Shown here: positions 29,881 through 39,980 of the stretch, one piece after another
Numbering within the stretch: the stretch's first letter is position 1
Layout of the letters: every line of letters starts with the position of its first letter
Origin: Fibrobacterales bacterium
GTDB taxonomy: Bacteria; Fibrobacterota; Fibrobacteria; Fibrobacterales; JAOPTW01
Length of the DNA: 64,000 bases
Direction of reading: 5' to 3'
Assembly (NCBI GenBank): GCA_051532035.1
Contig: JAOPTW010000021.1
Location: 24,811 to 88,810 of the forward strand
Notes under the pieces: model-generated
Databases searched by the model: none
What the model saw: the letters and a program-made list of their open reading frames with translations, nothing else
Told to the model about the DNA's origin: nothing
Program-made: the position numbers and the translations under genes

Positions 29881-30516
29881 CTACCCTGCAATATTTTTCA
29901 AAATAGGTATTTGCTTTAATACAGCTATTATCATAAGAGAAATTATCAAACATAATGTTGCCATTATAAATATTCCTACTACAGGATTACACATCTTCCA
30001 ACTTATTCCCAAATAATACAACGCATCCAGAACAAGTATATGAATCAAATACACCCCAAAACTATGAGTACTCACGAGATCAACTAATGCATCAATCACC
30101 TTAGGCCTTCTAGAAGAACTATTTTTTACAAAAAGAAATATCCCTACTGAGCTTATTAAAACATTCGGTGTTAAAAATTCATAAAAAGCAAAGTTAATTT
30201 CACCACTTTTATTAGACAACCAATAAGTACCAATGATTGTCACAGAGCTACCAACTACAAAAAGTGACAAGGGGCTATATTTCTTATCTAATATTGTTGA
30301 ATAAGTAGATAAGTAATACCCGAGAATCATGTACCCTACATACCCACTAAAGTTTAGGAGTTGATTGATTGGAATGAAATGTTTTATTGATGGCAGCTCC
30401 AATAGTAATGCTAAAACCCATAACCCTAAAAAATATTCAATTTCTCTTCGAGTCGCCTGTTTTAACCATTTTCTTAGAATCGGTACTAAAAGATATAATC
30501 CCAAATGAGCGGCCAC
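29881..30516 (-). pseudogene. 5'-truncated duplicate of the neighbouring acyltransferase-3 gene
   Basis: Aligns by eye to the C-terminal ~205 aa of 30783..31820 (GLYLLVPILRKW...LKNIAG) and lacks the N-terminal DLRALA...LLH/RFCVPLFF region. Confidence 0.75.
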
Positions 30517-30782
30517 TATAGGTAGCCCTAAAACAGCTTACTGATAAGATAATATTTAGGTAAAAAAGACAGGAGAGATTTACTGCGTCATTAGTTGCCT
30601 CTGTAATCCCCCCATTTTGGTATCCAAATAAATATTGAGCTCTGAAACACAGGGTCTAATTAGTCAATGAAAGAGCAATGTTATCATAATGTGTGTTATT
30701 ATTAAGACAAGGTAAACATGATATATAGGTTCGACAGAGCATAAGTAATTTGATTAATATTCATCGAAAGGCCATATAAGAT

Positions 30783-31820
30783 CTACCCTGCAATATATCT
30801 CAAAATCGGAATACGCTTTAAAATATCTATTATCATAAGTGACAGAACCAAACATAATATTGCTGTTACAGGTATTCCAATTACTGGATGAAACATTTTC
30901 CAATTAATTCCGAACATATTAAATACTGACAATATCAGAATATGAATCAGATATACCCCAAAACTATGGGTACTTATGAGATTAATAATGGTATCAATCA
31001 CCTTAGGTCTCTTTATACTAAGCTTCTTTACAAATAGAAAAACACCTATTGAACTCAATAATACATTTGGTGCTAAAAACTCATAAAAAGCAAAATTTAA
31101 ATCACTATCCCTATCTGACAATAAATAAGTACCAGCGATAGTTATTGCAGTACCAGTCACAAATAAGAATAACGGAAGGTTCCTCTTTTCCAAAATCGTT
31201 GAATAAGTAGATAAATAGTATCCTAAAACCATATACCCCACATACCCACTAAAATTTATTAATTGATTCACTGGTACAATATTTTTAATTAAAGGTAGCT
31301 CCAACAGCAATGCAATAAACCATAATCCTAGAAAATATTGCAATTCCTTTTGCGTAGCCTGTTTGATCCATTTTCTTAGTATTGGAACAAAAAGATATAA
31401 ACCAACAAGAGTGTAAACAAACCACAAATGATACGCTGACCCATTTAATAAATACCGAGCAGCTGTTTTAATAACACCCACAGTAGTTTCACTTGCTAAC
31501 GTATTTTTATACAACCCATTGTATACAAGATAAATGATACTCCATGCAATAAAAGGGGGAAATATCCGTAGAAACCGTTTTTTCAAAAACTCACCTAATG
31601 AATAATCTTTGGATAATAGCAATACTCCAGAAAGCATAAAAAATAGAGGAACGCAAAACCTTACCATTCCATCGATTATATTTCCAATCCACCAAACACT
31701 TGACTCAGGAGAAGTATGCTCACTAAATACCCCCCCTGAAACATGTAATAAAACAACACTTACTGTTGCCAAAGCACGTAAATCATTTATCCATAGCTTC
31801 TTCTGACTCATTTTCAACAC
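30783..31820 (-). CDS. Acyltransferase family 3 (surface polysaccharide O-acetyltransferase, WecH/OafA-like)
   Basis: DLRALATVSVVLLH, RFCVPLFFMLSG, KRFLRI, YHLWFVY, SFGVYLIH; multiple TM helices. Confidence 0.88.
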   Translation of the reverse strand: MLKMSQKKLWINDLRALATVSVVLLHVSGGVFSEHTSPESSVWWIGNIIDGMVRFCVPLFFMLSGVLLLSKDYSLGEFLKKRFLRIFPPFIAWSIIYLVYNGLYKNTLASETTVGVIKTAARYLLNGSAYHLWFVYTLVGLYLFVPILRKWIKQATQKELQYFLGLWFIALLLELPLIKNIVPVNQLINFSGYVGYMVLGYYLSTYSTILEKRNLPLFLFVTGTAITIAGTYLLSDRDSDLNFAFYEFLAPNVLLSSIGVFLFVKKLSIKRPKVIDTIINLISTHSFGVYLIHILILSVFNMFGINWKMFHPVIGIPVTAILCLVLSLMIIDILKRIPILRYIAG

Positions 31821-31978
31821 TTTAATAATTAGGTATAGCCTAAAATAATAGTTAATTCTTTACCAAGTAATCCATAAACCTTTTGTAATTTACTGTACCA
31901 ATTACTCAACTCTAATAGGTTCTTAAAGCTCATAAAAATTGTTACATTTATCGTAGATCGTTTATTATAATCACTTGA

Positions 31979-32782
31979 ATGGGCACCACAAAACCAACAT
32001 TTTCTATCATCACTGTCATATTTAACGGTGAAACTACCATTAAACAAACTCTTGATAGCCTATTAAATCAAAGCGTTACTGATTATGAGCTCATCGTAAT
32101 TGATGGTGCATCAACTGATACCACTTTAGATATTGTACACTCATATAAACCTTTCTTTGGCGACAAAATTAAGGTTATAAGTGAGAAGGACGAGGGTATA
32201 TATGATGCAATGAACAAAGGAATAAATTTAGCATCTGGAACCTGGCTCTTTTTCCTTAATTCTGATGACAAATTTTATAATCCTGATATTCTCGATAAAA
32301 CTTTTAATCAAGCGAAAAAAACAGATGCAGATATTCTTTATGGAACTGTAATGGTCAAAGGGGTACATTCAATTTTTGAAAAAGGTAGTCAAGTCAGACA
32401 AACTGATTTTTATAAAAGAATGCCCATGTGCCATCAATCAATTTTTTTCAAACAATCATTATTTTTGAAATATGGAAAATTTAATACTAATTTCAAAATA
32501 TGTGCCGACTATGAAATTCTTTGTCGATTTAATTCAGTTGATATTAGTATGGAGTTTATGTCTTTTGTTATTACTTATTACAATGAATGCGGCCTGTCAA
32601 AAAAACAAATTTTACTTTTAAACGATGAAAAAAAACAAATAATTAATATGTATGCTCCCTATAAGTATAGGTTACAACAAGTTATTCTTTCACCACTCAT
32701 TCACCTAAAAAATACTCTCGTTATAAAATTTAGTGACTCCAAATTTTGGGCATTTTATCGGAGTATAAAATACAAGTGTTAG
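31979..32782 (+). CDS. Glycosyltransferase family 2 (WcaE-like)
   Basis: FSIITVIFN, IDGASTD, SEKDEGIYDAMNKG, FLNSDD, CHQS, ADYE. Confidence 0.9.
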   Translation: MGTTKPTFSIITVIFNGETTIKQTLDSLLNQSVTDYELIVIDGASTDTTLDIVHSYKPFFGDKIKVISEKDEGIYDAMNKGINLASGTWLFFLNSDDKFYNPDILDKTFNQAKKTDADILYGTVMVKGVHSIFEKGSQVRQTDFYKRMPMCHQSIFFKQSLFLKYGKFNTNFKICADYEILCRFNSVDISMEFMSFVITYYNECGLSKKQILLLNDEKKQIINMYAPYKYRLQQVILSPLIHLKNTLVIKFSDSKFWAFYRSIKYKC

Positions 32783-34071
32783 TATTAAAAAGTATTGATA
32801 AAACCATACTATTTTTGCTTTTAGTTAGTCATTTACCTAATAGATATATTGGTATTGCTTTAATAATAATCTTTTCCCTTAAAGCTGTTAGTGCTCACAA
32901 ATTTACTTTTCCTAAAGAGATTAAAGACTTTTATTATAAATGGCTCATTGTAATTTTTATTGGAACAATTTCCTTTTTCTTACACTTCTCAAGCCCTAAC
33001 AACCTATTTTGGTCCTTTTTTAATCTTGCGCCTTTTGTTCTTGTACCCCTAATTATTTATAAAAAGGGTTACAATCTTAGTTCGTTCAAACTTTTAAATA
33101 CCATTAAAGTATTCATTCTTATTCAGTTTATCTTTTTCTTTTGCCAATATATGAGATTTGCTATAGAACTGAGAACTATAAATATCTTTGCTGTAAACTC
33201 TGGTATGGGAGATGTTTTATCTGGTACCCTTATGGGCTTCTCCTCACCCTTAACGATTACCATGTCATTTCTCTCTTTCTACCTTATAGATATTGTTTAT
33301 ATTAAAAAGCAATCACAACACAAGTATTATCTATTACTTTCCTTACTAATGCTTTTTCTTCCTGGTATGATGTCAGGAATAATGGCCTTTTTTACAGCCT
33401 TCTCTTTATCATTCATACTCATTGCATTTAAAAAATTACTACGTCTTAAAACAAACAAATTCCTTCTTACCATTCTTATTGTAACATCGCTCGCATTTGT
33501 ATTTTTGTTAGCCTTTCAGTCTGATAACATACTTTATGCCATTAATATTATGGACCTTGCGATTGATAAACAGGCATTCATTAAAATAAAAATAGTATTT
33601 CAAGTTATTGATTTATTAAAGGAAGACCCTTACATTTTACTATTCGGTGTAGGGTTGGGGAACTTTGCTAGTAGAGCAGCCTTTATGGTAAGTGGAGAAT
33701 ACCTGTCATATCAACCATTTTTTATTCCTGTTACCCCTTCTGAATTTATGGATAAATACGTGCTCACTATTTGGGACAAATCATCAAACCTAAAAATTAT
33801 TGGTGGCTCCATCGGTAATAGCATGGTAAACGAGCCATTTCTTCAATATGTTGCTATTGCGGGGGAATTCGGATTAATTGGGTTTTTAATTATATTATTT
33901 GCTTTTCTTAAAATACTCTTTATATCTCTTAAAAATGAAAATTTACTAATGTTATCCGTCTTATTATTTACTGCAATGATATTTTTCACCAATACTTGGA
34001 TCTCTTACCCAACGTTTGCTGTAGTATTTTGGATAGCATTAAAGTCCTCATCAATAAAGAAAGATACATAA
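32746..34071 (+). CDS. Putative O-antigen polymerase (Wzy-like polytopic membrane protein)
   Basis: About 10 or more hydrophobic segments; LLFGVGLGNF and GEFGLIG Wzy_C-like motifs; lies among glycosyltransferases; start uncertain. Confidence 0.6.
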   Translation: MGILSEYKIQVLVLKSIDKTILFLLLVSHLPNRYIGIALIIIFSLKAVSAHKFTFPKEIKDFYYKWLIVIFIGTISFFLHFSSPNNLFWSFFNLAPFVLVPLIIYKKGYNLSSFKLLNTIKVFILIQFIFFFCQYMRFAIELRTINIFAVNSGMGDVLSGTLMGFSSPLTITMSFLSFYLIDIVYIKKQSQHKYYLLLSLLMLFLPGMMSGIMAFFTAFSLSFILIAFKKLLRLKTNKFLLTILIVTSLAFVFLLAFQSDNILYAINIMDLAIDKQAFIKIKIVFQVIDLLKEDPYILLFGVGLGNFASRAAFMVSGEYLSYQPFFIPVTPSEFMDKYVLTIWDKSSNLKIIGGSIGNSMVNEPFLQYVAIAGEFGLIGFLIILFAFLKILFISLKNENLLMLSVLLFTAMIFFTNTWISYPTFAVVFWIALKSSSIKKDT

Positions 34072-34186
34072 GTCTCTCGCAGGCTCAATTATTATATAAT
34101 TAATCTTTTGGTACTTGAAGAAGGGCAAATAGATTTTATATTGTGTTTCAATCAGTAATAGTAACGATCATCATCGGAGCAATAAA

Positions 34187-34996
34187 ATGAAAGCAATGCT
34201 TTTCAAAGTATTCATATATTTTACAGGCAATAGTACTTCACAAAAATTTTTATCTAAAATTGTTGATTTTTGCTTAAAACTTTTAGGTATTGGTACAGGA
34301 GCTAGTGGTATTGAAAATGGTGAAAAAGCAATTTTTCAAACCGTTAGTAAATTATTACAACCACCTTTCACAGTATTCGATGTTGGTGCAAATAAAGGCC
34401 AATTCTGTTCACTTATTCAAAAACACTTGCTTAGTGATCACCAAATTCATTGCTTTGAGCCTGGAGTCACCACTTTTAACATCCTCAAAACAAATATCAA
34501 CTCTTCAAAAAGTGTCATTTTGAACAATTTTGGTCTTTCACATAAAGAGCAAAAACTTAAGTTATATTATGATAAACCAGGATCCGGCTTAGCATCATTA
34601 ACACAAAGAAACTTAGATCACTTTGATATTAACTTTTCTGATTCCGAAGAAGTTACCCTCAAGACTCTTGACCAATATTGTATTGACAATTCAATTGATA
34701 GTATTGATCTTCTTAAAATTGATGTTGAAGGACATGAATTAGATGTATTAGCAGGAGCATCTAAAACGCTATCTAATAATATTATTAAAACGATATCATT
34801 TGAATTTGGTGGATGTAATATTGACACCAAATCATTTTTCCAGGAATACTTTTATTTCTTTAAAAACAATGATATGGAAATTTTTAGAATAACTCCATCT
34901 GGATATTTACATTCAATAGAAACATATTCTGAAAGCCAAGAACAATTTCGAACCACTAATTTTTTCGCTATAAAGAAGGATTTACTTAGTGCTTAA
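34187..34996 (+). CDS. FkbM-family methyltransferase
   Basis: VFDVGANKG, IHCFEP, IDLLKIDVEGHELDVL. Confidence 0.9.
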   Translation: MKAMLFKVFIYFTGNSTSQKFLSKIVDFCLKLLGIGTGASGIENGEKAIFQTVSKLLQPPFTVFDVGANKGQFCSLIQKHLLSDHQIHCFEPGVTTFNILKTNINSSKSVILNNFGLSHKEQKLKLYYDKPGSGLASLTQRNLDHFDINFSDSEEVTLKTLDQYCIDNSIDSIDLLKIDVEGHELDVLAGASKTLSNNIIKTISFEFGGCNIDTKSFFQEYFYFFKNNDMEIFRITPSGYLHSIETYSESQEQFRTTNFFAIKKDLLSA

Positions 34997-36224
34997 CGAC
35001 TTTTTTATAAAGCTCTAAATATTTTTTAGCAACAATATTACTATCAAACTCTCTCTTAATCTTTTCTCTTGCATTTTTAGATAGTTCTTGATAATTTTCA
35101 GTACTTAAAACCCAATCTATCCCTTTTGCTAAATCATCTGTATCAAAAGGGGTGGCCAAATAGCCATTAATTTTATGGTCTATAATATCAAGTAATCCTG
35201 TTGAAGCAAAAGCAACAACAGGAGTCCCACAAGCCATAGATTCACTTGCTGTTTGCCCAAAAGACTCCTGTATACTTGGAACTATCACTACATCTGCCGC
35301 ACTATATAAAGTTACCAAGCTAATATCATCACGAAGCACCCCTACATAATTAGTTTTAAACCCCAATTCCTGTGGTTCTTTTGGTTTACTCCCCCCAAAA
35401 ATAACGACCTCTACATCATTATGGCTTACTTTAACTAATGCCTCCCTGAGCTCTTTAAAACCCTTATTTACATCACTTGTAACATCCATAGCGCCAAACA
35501 TTATCAATTTTTTATTCTGAGGTAATTCCCATAAATCTCTAGATGTATTTTTATCGAAAGGCTTATAGGTATTTATATCTATTGGATTGGGCAATGTCAC
35601 AGCATCTACATTTTTAAACAAACTACTCTCACTAACACAGCTTGTTAACCATTTACTAACACCTACTACAGTCATATTTTTTACTTGTGAAAGCACTTTT
35701 TTCTTTCTTAGATATACTTTGCGACTTAAATCATTTTCTATTTGACTACCTAATCTTGGACACGCTCCACATTTATGTTTGTATTTATCGCATTCCCACT
35801 TTATATGACACCCACCTGTGAATCCCCAATCGTCATGAAAACTCCATACTATAGGTGATTTAATTTTTGCAATATCCTCTAATTTTATCATCCCACCACA
35901 AACCCAATGAAGGTGCACAATATCGGGGTTTATTTTATTTATTTTATCAACAATACCAGAATAAGGTAGCCAAAGCGGGCTGAAAAGTATTAAGTCTCTT
36001 TGTTTATATTTTTTAGTGGGTAAAATATCAATTCTTGATCTAATTAAATTAATGATTTTTCCAACCATATTTAATGGGCCAATAACAGTATAATCATCAC
36101 TATTTTTAAATTGTACTAACATTGAACTGTCAACATTACTTTTTAATAATGCATTATGAAGACGATATGCCGCCCTTGCTGCACCTCCATCAGTATCAGA
36201 GGTATTAACCATTACTATTTTCAT
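34986..36224 (-). CDS. Glycosyltransferase family 4 (WcaC-like)
   Basis: DGGAARAAYRLH, PDIVHLHW, HDDWGFTGGCH, QESFGQTASESMACGTPVV. Confidence 0.9.
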   Translation of the reverse strand: MKIVMVNTSDTDGGAARAAYRLHNALLKSNVDSSMLVQFKNSDDYTVIGPLNMVGKIINLIRSRIDILPTKKYKQRDLILFSPLWLPYSGIVDKINKINPDIVHLHWVCGGMIKLEDIAKIKSPIVWSFHDDWGFTGGCHIKWECDKYKHKCGACPRLGSQIENDLSRKVYLRKKKVLSQVKNMTVVGVSKWLTSCVSESSLFKNVDAVTLPNPIDINTYKPFDKNTSRDLWELPQNKKLIMFGAMDVTSDVNKGFKELREALVKVSHNDVEVVIFGGSKPKEPQELGFKTNYVGVLRDDISLVTLYSAADVVIVPSIQESFGQTASESMACGTPVVAFASTGLLDIIDHKINGYLATPFDTDDLAKGIDWVLSTENYQELSKNAREKIKREFDSNIVAKKYLELYKKVVKH

Positions 36225-36225
36225 A

Positions 36226-37137
36226 CTATACGTTACCTCTAAACAAAATCTTAGTTGCTTTTTTAATTATTCTTAAAAATAAAGATTTTTTTTGACGTTT
36301 AAAGTATTTTTTTATTTTCCTTACATACACTGGGTTTTCTTCAAATACCTCTGGGAAGTGCGAGTTCATACCTAAATTAAGCATTTGATCATCTTCAACA
36401 TCACTTTTGCCACAATTGACACCAGAACCATCATGACCAATATTTTTAACATACGTTTGTGTTGGGTTCAAGCACAATCCTTGCTTTTTAAATATTGTCG
36501 CATACCAAAATATCGCCCAGGTATTTATTCTTTCAGTTCTATTTCCTTCAACTTGCTCCCAAAGGTCAACGCACCCCTCCAAGTTAAATCTATTAATATC
36601 TTTTTTACTAAATGAACTTAAAACTTTATCAATGTTTTTCTCATAAAATTGCCACTTGTCAGCCCAAGTTGCCCACCCCCAACAATTCATAGTTCGCCAT
36701 AAAAAAGTTTCATTTGTTTCACCGTTTAAAATCGGGTAATTCCATCCACTTATATGCCAGACTTTATCTGTATTTTCAAAATGGCCCAAAGCATTGTTCA
36801 TATATGTTAAAAACATTGGGCTTGTAACCAAGTCGTCCTCAATAACTATTATTTTCCCATATTTATTAATTATTTCAGTAACGCCCTCTATAATTGAGTT
36901 GGCAAGACCCCTATTTTCTTTACCCTTAACGACTGTAACGTTTTTAAATCCATCAATGGTACTAAGATAAGCTCGCACATTGTCTACTACCTTTTTTTCA
37001 TTATCATCTCTACCAGCATCACTATAAATAGTTAGATCACTCTCGCTTGCAAGTTTATTTTTTTGTAACGACATAATTGTTTGTTGTGTATGGTCAAGAC
37101 GATTAAAAACGAATAAAACAATTGGTGCTAATTTCAT
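36226..37137 (-). CDS. Glycosyltransferase (GT-A fold)
   Basis: APIVLFVFNR, NRGLANSII, IVIEDDL, CWGWATW. Confidence 0.85.
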   Translation of the reverse strand: MKLAPIVLFVFNRLDHTQQTIMSLQKNKLASESDLTIYSDAGRDDNEKKVVDNVRAYLSTIDGFKNVTVVKGKENRGLANSIIEGVTEIINKYGKIIVIEDDLVTSPMFLTYMNNALGHFENTDKVWHISGWNYPILNGETNETFLWRTMNCWGWATWADKWQFYEKNIDKVLSSFSKKDINRFNLEGCVDLWEQVEGNRTERINTWAIFWYATIFKKQGLCLNPTQTYVKNIGHDGSGVNCGKSDVEDDQMLNLGMNSHFPEVFEENPVYVRKIKKYFKRQKKSLFLRIIKKATKILFRGNV

Positions 37138-37290
37138 TTATATTTTCCCCCAGTTTTATGCTTTTCTACAAGTACCTTGATAACTATCTTAAACAGTATT
37201 TTTCTCATAAAAAAAATTAAAAAAGTATAACACTTGTGGTGCTTTTGTTGTATTTTGATTGTGATTGAATAACCAATTTATTACTCACAA

Positions 37291-38193
37291 TTATACCATT
37301 TCATCAACTAATGCCTCAACATCAATTTCAGTCATATAACTTGCTGGGCACCCTTTTTGATATTCAATATTACTGTTAAAGCCCAACCAATACTTAGGGC
37401 AATATACAGTTGTACGGTTTTTCATTAAATATGACCCCCACCAACTAAAGCTACTTGGACTCAAGATACCGCTATTGCAATTTGTCATTAATGCTAAATC
37501 CGTTCCAAAACTTTCATTTATTGATAAAATCTTGTTATCAATATTTGAGAATGCTTTTTGAATATAATCTGGGTCATCACTTAGAAAAATATAATAATTA
37601 TCTTTTCTTTCATTTTCCATTATTTGAATGGCTTTTTGAAAATATTCTATAGGAAGCAAAGAAGGTTTTCCAAGTACCGTATGATTTACATAGTCACCTC
37701 TGCGAATATGTACAAATACTTTATGAGATTCTTTAGGGCAATCAAGGAGAATATCATTAGCCCTTTTTACAAACTCTTTTTTAATCACTAATGATGATGT
37801 GGCGCCACAATCAAAAAAAGATTCGCTTTGAAAAAAACCTCCATACACAAACCTTATTCTACTTATTAAACCTTTTGTTTTTGTAAAACTTTTACATTCC
37901 CTTTTATGCACTTCATTTACTATTTCATGATCAATTTTAATACTTGAAATAATTTTATATCCTGCAAAAAATTTTAGGAGTGGGTAAAAAACTTTATTTA
38001 ATAATTTATAGTAAACCTTTCCCAGTATATTATTTTTCTTTTCTGCATTAATAATTTCTATAGATTCAAAAACACCGGCGCACTCATCAAAACCCATTGT
38101 GAAAATTAATTCATTTTTATTTGCAATTGTTTTTAAAAATGAATATTGGAATAGTTGATTTCCAAATCTTCCATCTGCCTTATAAAAAACCAT
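37291..38193 (-). CDS. Alpha-1,2-fucosyltransferase (GT11)
   Basis: GRFGNQLFQY, GFFQSESFF, VHIRRGDY, FLSDD, SSFSWWG; GDP-fucose genes present in the locus. Confidence 0.9.
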   Translation of the reverse strand: MVFYKADGRFGNQLFQYSFLKTIANKNELIFTMGFDECAGVFESIEIINAEKKNNILGKVYYKLLNKVFYPLLKFFAGYKIISSIKIDHEIVNEVHKRECKSFTKTKGLISRIRFVYGGFFQSESFFDCGATSSLVIKKEFVKRANDILLDCPKESHKVFVHIRRGDYVNHTVLGKPSLLPIEYFQKAIQIMENERKDNYYIFLSDDPDYIQKAFSNIDNKILSINESFGTDLALMTNCNSGILSPSSFSWWGSYLMKNRTTVYCPKYWLGFNSNIEYQKGCPASYMTEIDVEALVDEMV

Positions 38194-38222
38194 TCATCCA
38201 ACCTTTTAATAATATTATACTG

Positions 38223-39980
38223 TTATTGTTTATCAACAATTTCATTATAGGGTCCACTCCACTTAACTGAACCATTTTCTAATTCATATATAATATTACA
38301 TTTAGACAGGGTATTTAGACGATGTGCTACAATAATCATAGTCTTGCTATTACCAAGATTATTTATTGCATCTGTGACTACTTTTTCAGTTTCGCTATCT
38401 AAAGCCGAAGTTGCTTCATCAAAAATAATAACTTCTGGATTTTTATATAATGCTCTTGCAATGCCAATTCTCTGACGCTGTCCACCAGATAGCCTCACAG
38501 CATTTTCTCCAGTTTTAGTATATATACCATCAGGTAAAGACTCGATAAATTTATCTAAATTGACCATTTTTAATATTTCAAATATTTTAGACTCATCAAT
38601 ATCTTCATCTTTAATACCAAATGCGATATTTTTCATAATCGAGTCATCAATCAAATAAATTTGCTGAGGAACATACCCAATGATATGCTTCCAATTCCTA
38701 TTATTTGTATTAATTTCATTATCATCAACAGTGATATTACCATTCCCAGGAGTGAGAAGGCCTAATATCAAATCAATAAGTGTAGATTTACCAGAGCCGG
38801 ACTTACCTATGACCCCAATAATATCTCCATGATTTATATTTATGTTCACATTTTTAACGGCTAATTCCTCACAGTTTTTATAAGAAAAAGAGAGGTCTTT
38901 AATAGAAATATTATTTTTAAAAGTGATTTCTGAATCTGTATACTCTTCTAATGTTATTTCACTTAGCTCTGCTAAATCAGTGTATAACTTATCAACTACA
39001 TATTTACCATGATTAATCGCAGATAATGAGCTTGTTATGTTATTAACTGATGGTAATAACCGTAAAGCCGCTATTCCTATCATAGACAATATTGATATTA
39101 TTTTGGTTGGATCACCGCCGGTATTTATATAATACATAACAAATGAAACGATACCAATAATAAGCATTGTTTCAATTATTAGTTTTGGCGCAAGAAGAAA
39201 TGCCCAAAATTTTGAAGCCCCATGCTTAAAGTTATAAGAGTTAATTTTAACTTTTTTAAAAAAGAACTCTTCCAAAACATGTATCTTTGTAATCTTGATA
39301 TTCAAAAAAGCTTGGTTCACAAACTCAATTATATTTTCTAGTGAATCTGTGCCAATTTTCCCATATTCAAATGTTTTGTTTTTAGAAAACTTATAGAAAA
39401 AGAATACGAACAAAGCAAACAAAACAAATATTGGTATCACATAATAATTAACATATACTATAACAGAAAATACTATTACCAATAATACAGTATCAGAAAG
39501 AAGCTTTAATATACTTATGTAAACATTAAGTGCAAAGTTTCTTGTATCATTCGTCAGTTTATTTATTAAATCCGAACTATTAGCGTCTAAAAAATAATCG
39601 TACGATGAATTAACATACGTTTTAAACATTTTATTTCTTATAGACTCTAAAACGGAATTTGTATTGTATTGAATGAGGTATTGAATAACAAAATATACAA
39701 AGTTTCGTAACAAAAAAACTAATACTAATAAAATTGAGACGCATAAAATAATGTCAGATTTATCTGTTAATTCAAATAGATCTGTCGCAAAAACTATGAA
39801 CTCATTATTTTTGACATTCTCAAAATTTGAAATCAATCGAATATAGGGGTAAATTATTCCTATCCCAAGCAACTCAAATAAAGAAGATATTAAAAAACCA
39901 AATATCATCAAAAAGAAATATTTGACATCTGTTCCTAAAATGAACTTGATTTTATTTATGAATAAAAAAAGGTTTTTCAT
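38223..39980 (-). CDS. ABC transporter permease/ATP-binding fusion (PglK/WlaB-like glycan flippase)
   Basis: N-terminal TM domain with RLLPS; Walker A GKSGSGKST, LSGGQRQR, IIFDEATSALD. Confidence 0.85.
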   Translation of the reverse strand: MKNLFLFINKIKFILGTDVKYFFLMIFGFLISSLFELLGIGIIYPYIRLISNFENVKNNEFIVFATDLFELTDKSDIILCVSILLVLVFLLRNFVYFVIQYLIQYNTNSVLESIRNKMFKTYVNSSYDYFLDANSSDLINKLTNDTRNFALNVYISILKLLSDTVLLVIVFSVIVYVNYYVIPIFVLFALFVFFFYKFSKNKTFEYGKIGTDSLENIIEFVNQAFLNIKITKIHVLEEFFFKKVKINSYNFKHGASKFWAFLLAPKLIIETMLIIGIVSFVMYYINTGGDPTKIISILSMIGIAALRLLPSVNNITSSLSAINHGKYVVDKLYTDLAELSEITLEEYTDSEITFKNNISIKDLSFSYKNCEELAVKNVNININHGDIIGVIGKSGSGKSTLIDLILGLLTPGNGNITVDDNEINTNNRNWKHIIGYVPQQIYLIDDSIMKNIAFGIKDEDIDESKIFEILKMVNLDKFIESLPDGIYTKTGENAVRLSGGQRQRIGIARALYKNPEVIIFDEATSALDSETEKVVTDAINNLGNSKTMIIVAHRLNTLSKCNIIYELENGSVKWSGPYNEIVDKQ

